This document shows positions 12,400 through 26,500 of a DNA stretch of 64,000 nt, in pieces (within the stretch, counting starts at the first letter, position 1; each line of letters opens with the position of its first letter). Origin of the DNA: Glaucostegus cemiculus (Eukaryota); assembly GCA_976551045.1 (NCBI GenBank), contig CDPCPM010000056.1, positions 13,888,001 to 13,952,000 of the forward strand, given 5' to 3'. The translations under genes and the position numbers were made by a program. Below the pieces are notes generated by a model. That model was not told where the DNA came from and searched no databases. It was given only the letters and a program-made list of their open reading frames with translations.

Positions 12400-13112
12400 A
12401 AAACTCAGAACAGTACAGCAAGGGACAGGCCATTCGGCCCACAATGTTGTGCTGATATTGATGCCAATGTCCTCCTCCTGTGTATCATCCATATCCCTCC
12501 ATTCCCTTCATATTCATTGTCTATCTAAAAGCCTCTTAAGCTCCGCCAAACTGCCTGCTTCCACGACTACCCCTGGTAAACCATTTCAGGCACCTACCAC
12601 TCTTTGAGTAAAAAAATCTTGCGCCTCATATCAGCTTTAAACTTTCCCCCAACCTTAAAGGCATATACTCTGGGGTTTGACATTTCTACCCTGGGGAAAA
12701 GATTCTGACTGTCTACCCTATCTACAGTATGCCTCTCATAATTTTAAAAACCTCTACCAGGTCTCCCTTCAGCCTTCGACACTCAAGGGAGAATAACCCA
12801 AGATTGTTCAACCACTCCTTATAGCTCATACCCTCTAGTCCAGGGAGCATCCTGGTAAACTGCTTCTGCACCCTTTCCACAGTCTCCACATCCTTTCTAA
12901 TAATGGGGGTGACCAGAAATACATGCAATAGTCCAAGTGCAGTCTGACTGAAGTTTAATATAGCTGCAGCATGACTTCCTTACCCTTATACTCAACACCC
13001 CTACCAATGAAGGCAAGCGTGCCATACACCTTGTATACCGTCTTATCCACTTACATAGCCACTTTCAGTGAACTATGGACCTGGACCCCAAAGATCCCTC
13101 TGTACCTCAATG
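12400..13112 (-). mobile_element. CR1 LINE 3' fragment
   Basis: 'ERVQKQFTRMLPGLEGMSY...LKGDLVEVFKIMRG'. Confidence 0.88.
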
Positions 13113-14034
13113 CTATTCTTTATAAGCGGTATTTATGATCTCCATTTAACCCAGGCATTCAGGAATGATGTTTCTTCTTGTTCTCAATCCTCTATGTTCC
13201 TTCAAATTAGTTCATAACATTGTTGGTGTGGATTCATGTCCTTCACTTCAAGGCTGTTCTTGAAACACATTAGATCCGGTTTTACTGGATTCTTATCTGA
13301 CTGATCACTTCTACTATTCATAGATTTCACAATACAGGAGAACAATATCATGTTACAAAGGACAGAACACAGAGTTCCAGTGCTTGTTCTGAAAGTTCAG
13401 AATTAGCCTGAACTTATTACAATTATTTTAAGTGACAGCAGTTAAATTAGGCAATTCAAATTACAATTGTGTTATCGCACAGCACATTGGAAACACGTGA
13501 ACTGATTGCAGCACAAAAACATCCTTTTATTTACAAAGATTGTTTCTTCTAAAATTGGTGGTTTTGTAACCTATTTCACGTTGTTCAATTTTCTAGAACT
13601 ACTCACATCGAGATCAAATACTCAACATATGCTTATGTAATAACCACAATCTACTGCAAAAAGCAAAATAGTTCTTGCCCGTGGAAAGAGCCTGTTTCAG
13701 TCCAAAGGGCCATTTCTGGGTTTTTTTTCAGAAGCTTCCTAGTTGGGAGCCCACTGGGAGCAATCCTGTTCCAGCAGCGAGGAAGTTGGAGCTGCTTTGA
13801 AGCCTGAAATACCTAACCGTTGATTTACTTGTCCCGAATGGGTAACACAAAAGCACACCGAAGGAGCCCGGTCCAGTTGTGAGTGACCTGGACTCATTGA
13901 ATCATACAGCGCGGAAACAGGCCCTTCGGCCCGCCACGTCCGTGCCGCCCCCGTACTGTCTGCACCGACCCCATTTACTGGCGCTCTGACCACCCGTGCA
14001 CCCGGTTCCCCCTCCGCGGTCGGCTGGGCCGTCA

Positions 14035-14397
14035 GTCACCCTTTCGGGTCCGCCTGAGCTCGAGCGTACCGTGTCTCTTTCACGTCCGCTTGAGCTCCAC
14101 CTTGCCGTATTTCTTTCAGGTCCGCTTGAGCTCCACCTTACCGTCACCCTTTCACGTCCGCTTGAGCTCAACCCAGCCGTGTCCCTTTCAGGTCCGGTTG
14201 GGCTCCATCCTACTGTCCACCCTTTCAGGTCCAACTGAGCGCCGCCGTGCAATTCACCCTTTCACGTCCGCCTGAGCGCCCTCATACCATTCACACTTCG
14301 AGGTCCGCTTGAGCGCCACCGAGCCATGTTCCTTCCAGGTCCGCCTGAACTCCGCCCTACCGCCGCCCGCTCAGGTACGCAGGAGCTCCGTCATCAC
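14035..14397. repeat. Degenerate 36-37-bp CpG-rich tandem array, ~10 units
   Basis: Core ctttcaggtccgcttgagctcca recurring every 36-37 bp. Confidence 0.9.
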
Positions 14398-17300
14398 ATA
14401 CTGAGTCCTGCATGATTAATTCCAAACTAGCATCGTCCAGATGCCAGAACATGTCTTGTACTTGGACCAGTTCATTCTAACTTATGCCAGAAGGGCCCAT
14501 GCTGTGTAATACCCCCTGAAACAGCCCAATGCAGCAACAGTGCACGTCAGCACCAATGGGGCAAAAGTCGACTGATCCTGCACTGGGAAGCTTTAGGAAC
14601 CTCACTAATAACTCTGACAAGTTAAAATTGATCTGCAGTTCCAGGGACAAAGTATTGCATGTTACTTCTGTTTATGAAAGACTGTTTACTTCTCTCCATA
14701 GATGCTGCCTGACCTGCTGAGTTCCTCCAGCATTTTGTGTGTGTTACAAAGTATTGCTCACCTTGTTTCTCTTCCACTGTTGCTGATGGTCTTTTTTGCT
14801 AAATCAGTTTATTCTGTTTAGGGATCCAGTATGTGGAGATAGTCAATTAGAATGGATAAGGCAACGCAGAAAATTTGAGAGAATCCTTGACGTAAAATGT
14901 AAAAGATCCTTTCACTGCTGACATAGAGCCTCTCCCATCTGCTGTGCTTACTGCAGATTTGAGGTGCACTCCTTGTGATTTTCCATCCCTATCATCTCTG
15001 GATCACTAGTTTAGGGACATGTGTAGATACTGAATTTTCCCTTTTTAGCTTTGATTCCATTCCAAGGTGGGCTTTTCTTTTTAAGTTTTAACAAAAGATG
15101 GAGATTACAGATCTCAGAAACTCAGGCATCTACTTTTAGTCTCTACAATATGCAACAAAGTCAAAGTCGGTAATAATAGCACAAACAGACTAGTTCAGGC
15201 TTTGCTGTAATTACTTCTTTGATTAAATCTTCATCTTCTTTCATGTAATTGTGTGCAACTACTTGTTGTGGGCTCATTTCCAGCCCACACTTTACTCTTA
15301 CAGCTTGACCAGCATAACCCACAGACTAGTTGTATTGGTCAGTGGACAATATGAACATTTCAAAATCCATCCACAGCATTCTTAAAGCAAAATGAATGAA
15401 CAGGTAAAATCTCCATGGTTGATATTGATTGCCAGCACAGAGTTTTACAGATAAAGGGAAAAAATTATTTTTTCATTTAGGGCTTACGGGATGTTTTTTT
15501 AAAATTTATTATCAGTTGAAACCAAAACCTGCTTCCATTCTTCCATTTAGGAGTTCAGAGGAGAGCAGTTCCCTTCTTGATTCTCTATTTGATCAATAAT
15601 GCTACTGTTACCCTTATTTTGGATCTACCTATTTTTGTTCTTCTGTGTTTAAAACATACTGCCATATAAACTGTTCCTGCTTATTGAAGACTGGTTGTGT
15701 TAGATTTGAAGCCAATCACTTACTATTCTATTTTCCCAAGACCTCTAGGTACTAGTACTGGGTGAAAGATGATCCTCTGTGGATATACTAATAACATACC
15801 ATCTACCTACAGGGCACTAAAGCAACAAGAACTCATCACAAGAATGCCCTGGCACTGCACTTGGAGATTGCTAGATGTCCCAGCAACTAAAAAAACAAAT
15901 AGCACTTCATAAGCATGCCAAAAACAATAAGTGAATGGGATTGGTGGTTCGGTTTGGTTGGACAGGGTTGTTGGGGGTGGTGGGTATGCAAAAATACTAT
16001 TTGATTTCTCATATTTTAATTCAAGGATTATTGTCAATTTGAAGGCATGATATGCTTAGATTACATGAACTCTATTGCACTGAAATAATGTTGGCCACTA
16101 TCTGAGATACAGGACTGAGTGCATTGGGGTCTAACATAGCTTTAAATGGTGTTAGAGTTTTGAATTCCTTTAAGAAATATTGTTTAATGGAGCATGTGTG
16201 ATCAGAACTGAACCCTTTGACCATGCTTCCCACAAATTTTTATATAAATATTAACCCTCTGTGCAAGAAACACAACTGGAACCAGATCCAAATAAAAATT
16301 ATGAATGCATGGATATAACAAAAATAAAAGCATAGACAGACTGATCAACATCTGATGGAGAATGGTGAGGTAATATGTTCAGTTTCGTCGCTAATTGACC
16401 TGTTTTGTGCTTAAAATATTGTTTTATTATTAAATGTAATCTGTGCACAAGTTCATTTTTGCACAATAATCATTATATCCTGCAGCTTTTATCCTGTTAT
16501 GCAGTTTTTCTTTTGAAAATTCATTGCTATGTGGGTGTCTGTGTGTCTACAAAGTTATTACACTGTCTGGAATGACTTACCATGCAGCATAATACTCTGA
16601 AAACCTGGTTAAGGAGATACATACAGAAATGGCTATGGTCTAAGGAATTTTTTTTTCTGAATTATTTACAGCTCCAACCAACAATATAAACTTAAAATGT
16701 AATCTCTTTGATCAAACCAGAAAACATAGTTTCCATAATTCACAAATGTTAAGATTCAGCTCCTTGGTTAAAAATTTAGAAATCAAGTGGCATCATACAT
16801 AATACTGCTAAATACAATATGCATAGCAATAGATGTAAAAACTATCACTCATTCACACTCATTCTATACTAATTCAAATGATGCCAAGTTAGAGAAAGAA
16901 AATTCTTTAATGTCCATTAAATTTGTAATATAATGGGACAAGTTCACTTACAAACCAAAAAAAATACATTGAGTCGTTATTAATTTGAGAATGTTACCTT
17001 TTAATAACATTACTTTTGATTTATACTAGAATTTTGTAGACCAAGTTATATCAGCGAACATCTTTTTCTATTAAATAGTATTTAATAATCTAAAATCACA
17101 GAAGTAATCCATAACTACAAACATTGTAACTGCTTGCTTTTCACAGCTAATGCCTGTTACTTTCACACGCTTTTGCCTTATTGGTTTGTTAACCTGTCAC
17201 ACTGTTAATCTCTAAGTAATTCACACTTATGCTGTTTCTGGAATAGAAAGTAAAATAATAGTCTTTTGATGAAATATTTGAATTCTCTGCCTGATGAATC

Positions 17301-17419
17301 TTCAGTTCGGTGAATGACCAGCAGGGAATACTACCCTCTCATCAGAAAAAAACTCAGATGGCGTCAGCTTCAAGGTCAGGATCAATGGAGGCAAAATGCA
17401 AGAGGCATCAAGGTGGCCA

Positions 17420-17512
17420 TCAAACAAGGCTAATTCCAACAAGTAATTTTATCAGAAATGTTAGGTTTCCGCAGATGTAGATTGTTAATACCATCATCTT
17501 AAACCTATGACC
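17420..17512 (-). CDS. FRRS1: FRRS1 terminal coding exon 15
   Basis: [33 protein letters not shown]; 93 nt. Confidence 0.95.
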   Translation of the reverse strand, partial: GHRFKMMVLTIYICGNLTFLIKLLVGISLV

Positions 17513-20500
17513 CTGTAATTGTAGGATTAAACAGTGAATTCAAATTGAATTTACTTTCCTGCTTTACATTCATTCAAATGATAGTCATTGAAAGAATTAT
17601 GTACTTCTGATGCTTCTAGCCATAATAAAAAACGAAAGCTAACATTGTGGTTGTTACCTGTGGGTCAATCAATTCACTTGAATCCATTATCTCCATTTTA
17701 TCCTCTTCTCGTTTTCTTGCTATGAAAAGATGAAATCAATATTCATATTCAGCATAATTTAAAAATGAGCAGAGTACGTAGTGAGAACAATAAAGCAACT
17801 GCCATTTGTACGTTGTGAATCAAGCCATAGGAGTGTTAGCAAATTTAAAAAATTGAAGCTGAGCAACATGAGATATTGAAGTCAACAACCAATGTATGGG
17901 CAAAGAGAGGTTTTAAGGAGAATCTAAAAGTAAATGAGAGATTGAAGGAAGGAGCTTCAGAGTTTAAGCGTCAGCAGCTGAGTATAGAACCATTATTCAT
18001 AGGAAAACGAAGTGTTACATGTAAAGATTAGAGAGAAATTTAAATATCTGGCAGTGTCATTGCATTGTACATTACTTCTGAATTTTTGAGGCAGTTCTAT
18101 AATAAAGTAAGAAACAATAAAATTAACTATGTGATATAAAAAGAAACCTGACCTTTACAGGTAATTATGTAATTATGTGCTTCTAGAATTAGTTCTGTTG
18201 CAACATGCCAAACTATGAATCCAACCATGACCAACGTATCCCAAGGGTTGCGGAGATCCAGGGCTGGCAGATCTATTCCAAGAAAGATCGATCCAACTGT
18301 GTGAGGATTAAATTGAATGTTAACAATTTATTTTGGTCAGTAATTCCTACTGAGAGATGTTTTATAGGAATACCCAATAATGTAATGAGAGAAGTAAAGA
18401 CTACTGCTACTTTTCACAATAACTCTGGTCACATAATCCTAGTTGGGCAGATGCCTGCTGTGAAAGGGTAACCCAGGCTAATGCTAATACTGAAATATAT
18501 CTGATAGTAAAAAATGTCTTGCATTGAGGGAAAAAAAAACATCATATTCATTCCAATTACATGGTGGGAAAACAACAGATAATGCTAGTGAAGCCATGGT
18601 CTTCAATTTTATTAAATTTTGTGCAGATTTTCACTTGCACATTGTTATGTCTTTAAAAGTACATATTCTCTCCCTCTCCCCATGTTTTTAATGTTATTTT
18701 TCTGTTCCTTCGAAGAACACGTGCTTCACTTAGTAGTCAAGGTGCATGGGAGATTAATTTTTTAGCTGATCATTCATAGCAGATTGAAGGAGTCACAAGT
18801 TACCATAAGGTCCATGGGAAAGTTGTGGAAAGTTTCCATTCTGCTTAAAGATCAGTTAAGAACCAGATTTCAAAATCCCCCACGTGACATGTTGATATTA
18901 ATGTCCACTAAAGTATTAAATCACTGGTTCTGTTATCACCGGTGTGTATTTTAGCCCAGTTATAGTCAGCCAAAAACCTAATATTTACCAAGATATATTA
19001 AGTCTTTATTAAATGAATGAAAATCATTTTTTCTTTAAACTTACCTGCAATTATTCTAGCAAACGTGCCTGTTGCCCAATGAAACCAGTTAAAGAGGTAT
19101 CGCCTATAGAAGGTGAATATTAAAATAAACAAGTTGTAGAAGTTATGGTGAAGTGTCTTGCTATTTTAAAACTTGGACTTCATTCCTCCTTGATCTTAGT
19201 TTAAGGTACTTTAGCATTACTTCAATTTTCTTTCACTTTATCAAAGGTCACAAAAGAATGTAGAAAAATATTAAAATTATTGGTGGACCTACCTGAGTGC
19301 ATTTGGATTGGGTCTGAAGATGGCCACTAGAGGCTGAAGAATCACCAGTGTAAGAATCATACAGCCAAAGTATGGATGGGCACCTGCATACTGCAAGGGT
19401 ACAGAGGTTCATGTACCAACATGACAACTGATGAGCATAACAAATTATACAGAACTTCCTCAAGAACTGAATGAGTATGAAGCTTAAGGGTAATGAAAAT
19501 ACTTTGGAGAATTTCAATTAGCAAATGTAAAAGAACTGACATCCATTCAATTAATACATTTGGACATTCACGTATCTTATTATTGAAGTCAGTAATGTTT
19601 GCAGAACTGTTTACTTATGCAATGCAAGGTGCCTTTCTGCAATATGTTTTATGTAAAATGATGCAAGTTTTCCAACTGAAAGTTGTGATATCAGATCACA
19701 AGGAGTTAAGACTGTTCACATTAAGTAATGCTCTTGGACTGTGACATTCGGTACCAAAATGACAGTGCAGAGAGATAAATAGGAAAGGTTAGAGGAAGCG
19801 AGTAAACTGAATGAATGTAATGGAGACATAAAAGACAGCAGATGCTGAAATCTGTGGCAAAACAAGATGCTGGAGGAACTGAGCAGGTCAGGCAGCATCT
19901 GTGGAGGGAAATGGACAGTCCACGTTTCGGGTCAAGATGAAGGGTCTCAACCCGAAACGTCGACTATCCACTTCCCACCACAGATGCTGCCTGACCCATT
20001 GAGTTCCTCCAGCATCTTGTTTTTTGAATGAATGTGATCAGCACTTGCATCCAATAGCCTTGTTTTCGTTATATTTCACCAGGCAAATGTGAGGTATTAC
20101 CACATAGATGCCACATGAGCTCCTGAGTGTTTCCAGCAGCTTTATTGCCATTTGGGTTTATTATTGCTCTTTGAAAGAACATTGGGGAAATTTAGCCTTT
20201 GGCTTGGCGAAATGTTTACACAAGGCACGGTAGTGTAATGGTTAGCACAATGCTTTACAGTGCCAGCGACCCAGGTTCAGATCCAGCCACTGCCTGTAAG
20301 GAGTTTGTACATTCTCCCCGTGTCTGCGTGGGTTTCCTCTGGGTGCTCTGGTTTCCTCCCACATTCTAAAGACATACGGGTTAGGAAGTTGTGGGCATAC
20401 TATGTTGGCACCAGAAGCGTGGCGACACTTGCGGGCTGCCCCCCAAATCACTACGTAAAAAGATGCATTTCACTGTGTGTTTCGATGTACATGTGATTAA

Positions 20501-23500
20501 TAATGATATCTAAGCAGTACAGCTAACAATGATCAGTTTTGCAAACCTCTGCCCTCAGCTCATAGTTCTTGTCCCATTTTCTCTTTAACACATGCTGGGC
20601 TTGGTTCCAGGACAGTGGCAGTTTAATGGTAGCTCAGTCTCGTCACCACTCAGCATGAACAGCCCTGGACTGTTGATGGACTGAGTAGTACATTTCCCAC
20701 CACTACATGGACTCGATGCCTGCTGTCTCCATCTGCCGGCCTACTCATATTTACGGGGTGAAAAAGACAAAGGGCATATGGACTCTTTCTTCAGTGTGTT
20801 AGTGCCCTGCTGTTGATGCTGTAGCGAGTCAGCAATGGAACTGTCAGATGCATGGACATCTGACCTCCAGTTCACCTCAGACTTCCCTCCGAAACCACTG
20901 ACTACGTATCAAAATAACTCAAGCAAGGGAGTTTACCAATATCCAACCCTGCCTCTCTCTCTCTCCCCACCATTCCTCACAGACACACACAAAACATAAC
21001 CAGGAGTCCCTGTGTGCCACTGAGGAGTGGAAACAGGACCAGCAACATTTTCTAGGTCAATCAATACAGAATTGAGTATAAAATATCAGAGTTAAAATAA
21101 AATTACTGCTGCAGTATTGATTCTTCTTTAATAGTACCAAGCTTTGTTCCAAAGACTAATCAATCTTTATTAAAAGTAAAAGCACAATCACCGCATGAAA
21201 TTCAGCGAGAGTAGCATTTTACAGGCTGCTTCAATTGTTATTTTCATAAAGGTTCCCATAAATTCTCCTAACAAATTCATACAACTTCACTGAACGCTGC
21301 AATGATATTTGTTTAGTGAGGTCACAGATTTCTCCGCATCCCCTGAGCAATATCGGGCAAGGTTAAAGTAGGGATGCCCTCCACTAATGTCCAAAGCACA
21401 CTTTAGGGATTTTCCCCATGCATAGAAGGGGCATATCATCTGCTTCAGGTTTTCCATGGCAACACTGGTTTGTCCTGAGCCAGCCAAAACTATATGAGTT
21501 CAGGAAACAAATGTCAAAGGGTGCCTGCACAATGAGGCAAGAAGCATATCTGCAAAGGACGATACCTGTTACTGCAACTCCCAGATCCGTAATCCCAGAT
21601 GTCCAGGGCCTGGTCCACAATCCATCCCCCAATCCAGGCACCAAGAGCTTAGTCCAAGTCCTCTAACCCCAACCCAGCCTTTAACCTCCTTTCCCCACAG
21701 TGCCTGGCCTCAACTACCCACCCACTTCACCTGATTCGACCACAGAAATCCTCAATCAAAACAAGACAAACTTTGACATTCTGTGGCTTCTATCAAGCGA
21801 ACAGTTTAAGATAAGATATCTTTATTAGTCACATGTACTTCGAAACACATAGTGACATGCATCTTTTTGTGTAGAGTGTTCTGGGGCAGCACACCAGTGT
21901 CGCCACGCTTCCGGCGCCAACATAGCATGCCCACAACTTCCTAACCCTTATGTCTTTGGAATGTAGGAGGAAACCGGAGCACCCGGAGGAAACCCACGCA
22001 GACACGGAGAGAATGTACAAACTCCTTACAGACAGTTTACAGTTTGAAAACATTCCTGGTCACCTCTGCTTTGGAGAGACAGCAAATGACGTACAACTGC
22101 AAGGAAGCAATGCCCGTAGATGAGTGAGGAGTGAGGGCAACATTAAGAAAACAAAGTTCCCAGCCATTAATAGAAGTTCAAATTGAAACAACACATTTGT
22201 AGGTAGTGGGATGGTAAAGCAAATCAACAAGGTGGATATACTTAAAACTAAAGATATACTAAGAAAAAGCTATGTCTTTCCTGTTTCAACACTCTCTGCC
22301 TCCTCCCCTCCTAAAAAATTTCTCTTTGGCATCTGCCCAAATTGGAATTGGTTTATTATTGTCACTTGTACCGAGGTACAGTGAAAAACTTGTCTTGCAT
22401 ACCATTCATGCATATCAATTCATTACACAGTGCATTGAGGTAGTACAAGGTAAAACAATACAAAATAATGTGTCACAGCTACAGAGAAGGTGCATTGCCA
22501 GTAGACAATAAGGTGCAAGGTCACAATGAGGTAGATTGTAAGGTCAAGAGTCCATTTTATCATATTAGGGAACCATTCAGTAATCTTATAATAGCAGGAT
22601 AGAAGCTGTCCGTGAGCCTGGTGGTACGTGCTTTCAGGCTTTTGTATCTTCTGTCTAATGGGAGAGGGGAGAAGAGAGAATGTCCCGGGTGGGTGGGGTC
22701 TTTGATTATGCTGTCTGCTTTACCGTGGCAGCGAGAAGTATAGACAGCTATCTCCTTATGTGATATATGCCAAACTTACCTTGTTTACTGCAGTAAGACA
22801 TAACTTTAGAGCAGGCAAAATGGAGATCGCATGTGTGAGAAAGTTTACAAAGGCTGATACTGGAAAATAATGATTTGTTCATGGACTTTTTATGAATAAT
22901 TGACTGAATTAGGATTGTTCAAGCACCATGCCAACTTAGTCTTTAAGAAAAATAATTATTTTCTACTTTCTGCAAAAACAGTAAATGCTGACTTACGTTG
23001 CTCCAGCCTCCCCGGTAAAGAAAAGGAAGAATAAATCCAAGGCATGTAAACAATACTGTGGTCATCATCAGAATCCTGTGCACCTGAAAGACAATATATT
23101 CAAGTGATAATGGAGCACAGGTACTTTAGTAACAATGCCTCTAGATTAATTCCCCCATTGCCTGCCTGCACAGCTGTATGTCTAGAACATGATATATGGT
23201 AACAGCAACCATATACCATGCACCTAAACAACCTAAACATCAACCCGCAATCAGTCAATATATCTCATTATTCCATATACAGTGATATACATTCTAGATG
23301 TATTAATGATGCAACCCAAATCAGTAAATCTTTTGTTCTTATCAATGAGGTTCATCTTTTTGAGAAACTCAAACTGATGGATGTAGAATTAGGTTTAAAA
23401 TGTCATTTTAAAAAATCTATTGCTCCGGTATTGACTCTTCTTTACAAAGCTTTGTTACAAAGAGTAATCAACTTTTGCTGAAATGAAAAATGCAATCTCC

Positions 23501-26500
23501 TCATGAAAGTAAGGGAGACAAGCATTCTACAGATTGCTTTAATTGCTGCATTTTATTGAGGAATCCAAGCTGATAGATCAAGGTCTGTAGACCGAAGCAT
23601 TGTCAAGTTTGAGTAGATTATGGACTGATACACAGTGGGGAGATGCTCAGGTTTTCAAAGGCTGAAAAGTCAGGAGGAACTGGGGGCAGAGTCTCACGAT
23701 AAAGAACCAAGATGAGGAGTGTTCTAAATCTTTGGGATTCTCTTCTGTAAATGACCACGGGTACGGCAGGGTTCCATTCCTGAGAACTGTTCATAACCCG
23801 AACAGTTTGCAAGTCAGAACTGCAGCCTCAGAGCAAGTTCCCACAGGTCAGAAGATGCCTGCAAGAGGTGGGTCGTCCCTTAGGAATAGATGGCCTGGAG
23901 AAGCAGGTTAAATCTCGTTTTGCCATTCTTGATAGCTAACATTACATTTAGCTCCAGCCAATCTTGGGCTAATAATATTCTTCTAAAACATTTTACTGCA
24001 GGCGCGGTTTTAAATGTCATTGACAGTTTTAAAAAGGGCACTGCCAGATGGCATGTCTCTAGGATTCGCAAAATGGACTTCAACATGTTAACTGGAATGT
24101 CTTCTTCTTGGATTTGACGTGGCAAAATTCCAGCTAGTGTCAAGAACAGTCGCCTGCAGCCCCGCAGCAGCCAACAAATCCATCCTGCCAGTCTCCCAAA
24201 CACACGTTTGTATGTACAGACTGTATATAAGTCGGGTGTTCTTAACCTGTGTGGATCCCATCATTGAGTGCACGCAAGATTGAAAATGATAGCATTTCAG
24301 ACACAAAGTGAAAAAAGATACGAGGATCAGGCAGGAAAATAAACAAGATGGAGGATTGGGTATAATCTTATTGAACAGCAGAGTCAAATTCCCAACTTCT
24401 GCTTCTGTGTTGTGAAAGAATTATGGTAGAAAACAGAATTATATTTTTGAGAACTGTAAAACTATAACCACAAAGTGGCGCCACCTGCTTCATTATCATG
24501 GTCATTAGGGAGCACAGCTCTTGCTGGTGGCTGAGTGATTCAGCGGTTCAAATTAGCATTTGGAATCCTGGGTTCGCTACTGCAAAATTATTGGGTTTGT
24601 CACAAGTTTGCAATTGTGTAACTAACACTAAAACTCTGGCTATTTGACTGCAGGCATCAGTCACGCGTCAGACGCCGTTGGGATTTCATGGCAATGTTTT
24701 CCTTCACAAGCTCTGGTGACTTTGTCCTTAAGTAAAACCCTATGCAATTTCTGAAAGTTAACTAAAACCCACTGCTGATCACTGCATGGTTCACAACCTG
24801 CCAGCATCTTGGACCTCATAGCCAGTACCACCAGTACTACACACAAATACCAGGCAGCTGGTTGGCATTGGACCTCTCCCCTTCCCAATCCATCAAACAC
24901 ATTCCACTTCAGTGCAGCATGTTCATTTATAAGAGCATTGTTAATCCATGGCCCTCATACCAGAAGGCAGTCGTAATCAGTACTGTTCATGTCAAGAGCA
25001 GTAAATTCAAACTAGTTGACAAGGTCAGAGTTTTGTAAACTGAAGTAGGCTCCTTTTCAATTGTAATAAATCTACTCCAGAAAGTACCTCAGACATCATT
25101 TATAAATATTGGGTCGATTTTGCCAGTTAATGACGTGAATCCATATCAATGCGGAAATCAGAATGATGAGATGAAAAAATATACTGTAAACCTCTTGGCC
25201 AATTTATGCAAACTGTGCTGTTTTGTTTCACACAACCTGCAGCTTGCCTTTAATTCCCCCAATGTTTTTAAGAACTTTTGGACAGAGGGAAAGGCGCACA
25301 GGGGATATGGGCCTAATACAGGTAAATAGGCCCAGTGTAAATAGGCATCAAGGTCGGCATGGACAAGGTGGGCCAAAGGTTTCTGTAATTCTACAATTCT
25401 GTAATTTCTGTGCTTATAATTGTTCACTAAACTCTCTGCAGAATACAAAGGCTGGAACATAACGCTGTGTATTTTTTAAACAACTGTTAATACCTGACAA
25501 TGAATCTAACCCAGAGCAAGAACAATTTAATGCTTCAGGTCAATGGCTTCCATCAGAAAGGTAATCAACATGAAATATTAACTCTTTATCCATGGTGCTT
25601 GATGTGCTATTTCCAGAATTTTCTACTTTTATTTCAGATTTCTAGAATCTGTAGCATTTTTTCAAGCCTATTCCTGCAACTTGTAAATTGTTTGCAGAAA
25701 TTTTAAAACTGTCAAATGTAAAAAAAAGAATTTCTTTTCCTTACTCTCTCTGAATCTAGTTACTTGCCCCTGTTTATCCTTCTTTACCTCAGGCACCAAG
25801 TAATTTATCCTCTTTTTCTGTTCCCTTCTCTCAATCTTTAAATGTCATGATTTAAATAGATACATGCTTGGTGTTGCTGTCTACCAACATGCCAGGTCTT
25901 TCATTGTCTTCACCCTGCCATTATCACCTCAAATCAAAGCTGACGTGCCCAGAAAGCAATCTGTCTCACAGATCATCTCAAACTCCAGCATGATCTAGCC
26001 TCCTGATTGTGATTGTCAGGTATGCAAAAACTTCAGCTGATTCTCATTTGGATTCTCAATGTTATTTCACTTGTAAAGCAGTTCCAGCTCAATTATCAAT
26101 TGTCTCTGAGTAGGAAGACTAAATCCAATCCAGAGTCAGAAAACTCCAGAGCAGTACTTCTTGGAAAATGCATTAAAATGAGACCCCCGTTTGCACAGAG
26201 ATAGATGTAGGGGGATTGAGTTTAAGAGAAGGGAGGTTACACTGCAACTGTACATGGTACTGGTAAGGCCGCACCTGGAGTACTGCATGCAGTTCTGGTC
26301 TCCTTACTTGAGAAAAGATATACTGACTCTGGAGGCGGTGCAGAGGAGGTTCACCAGGTTGATTCCGGAGATGAGGAGAGATTGATTCATCTGGGCCTAT
26401 ACTCACTGGAATGCAAAAGAATGAGAGGGGATCTCACAAAAACATAAAATTATGAAAGAGATAGATAATATATAGGCAGGAAATATTTTTCCACTTGTAA

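Noticed and set aside
14035-14397. CRISPR-like array (36-bp period)
   Set aside because: Units are contiguous degenerate tandem copies with no unique spacers, no cas genes are present, and the context is vertebrate.
20224-20290. tRNA gene
   Set aside because: The tRNA-like head runs straight into a multi-copy SINE body and I could not fold a full cloverleaf.
23755-24260. Possible Tigger-like MITE
   Set aside because: The ends are suggestive, but I could not define convincing TIRs or a TA TSD.
24474-24492. CTCF-like motif (gtggcgccacctgcttc)
   Set aside because: The conserved CC end is mismatched, and a single motif is insufficient without chromatin data.
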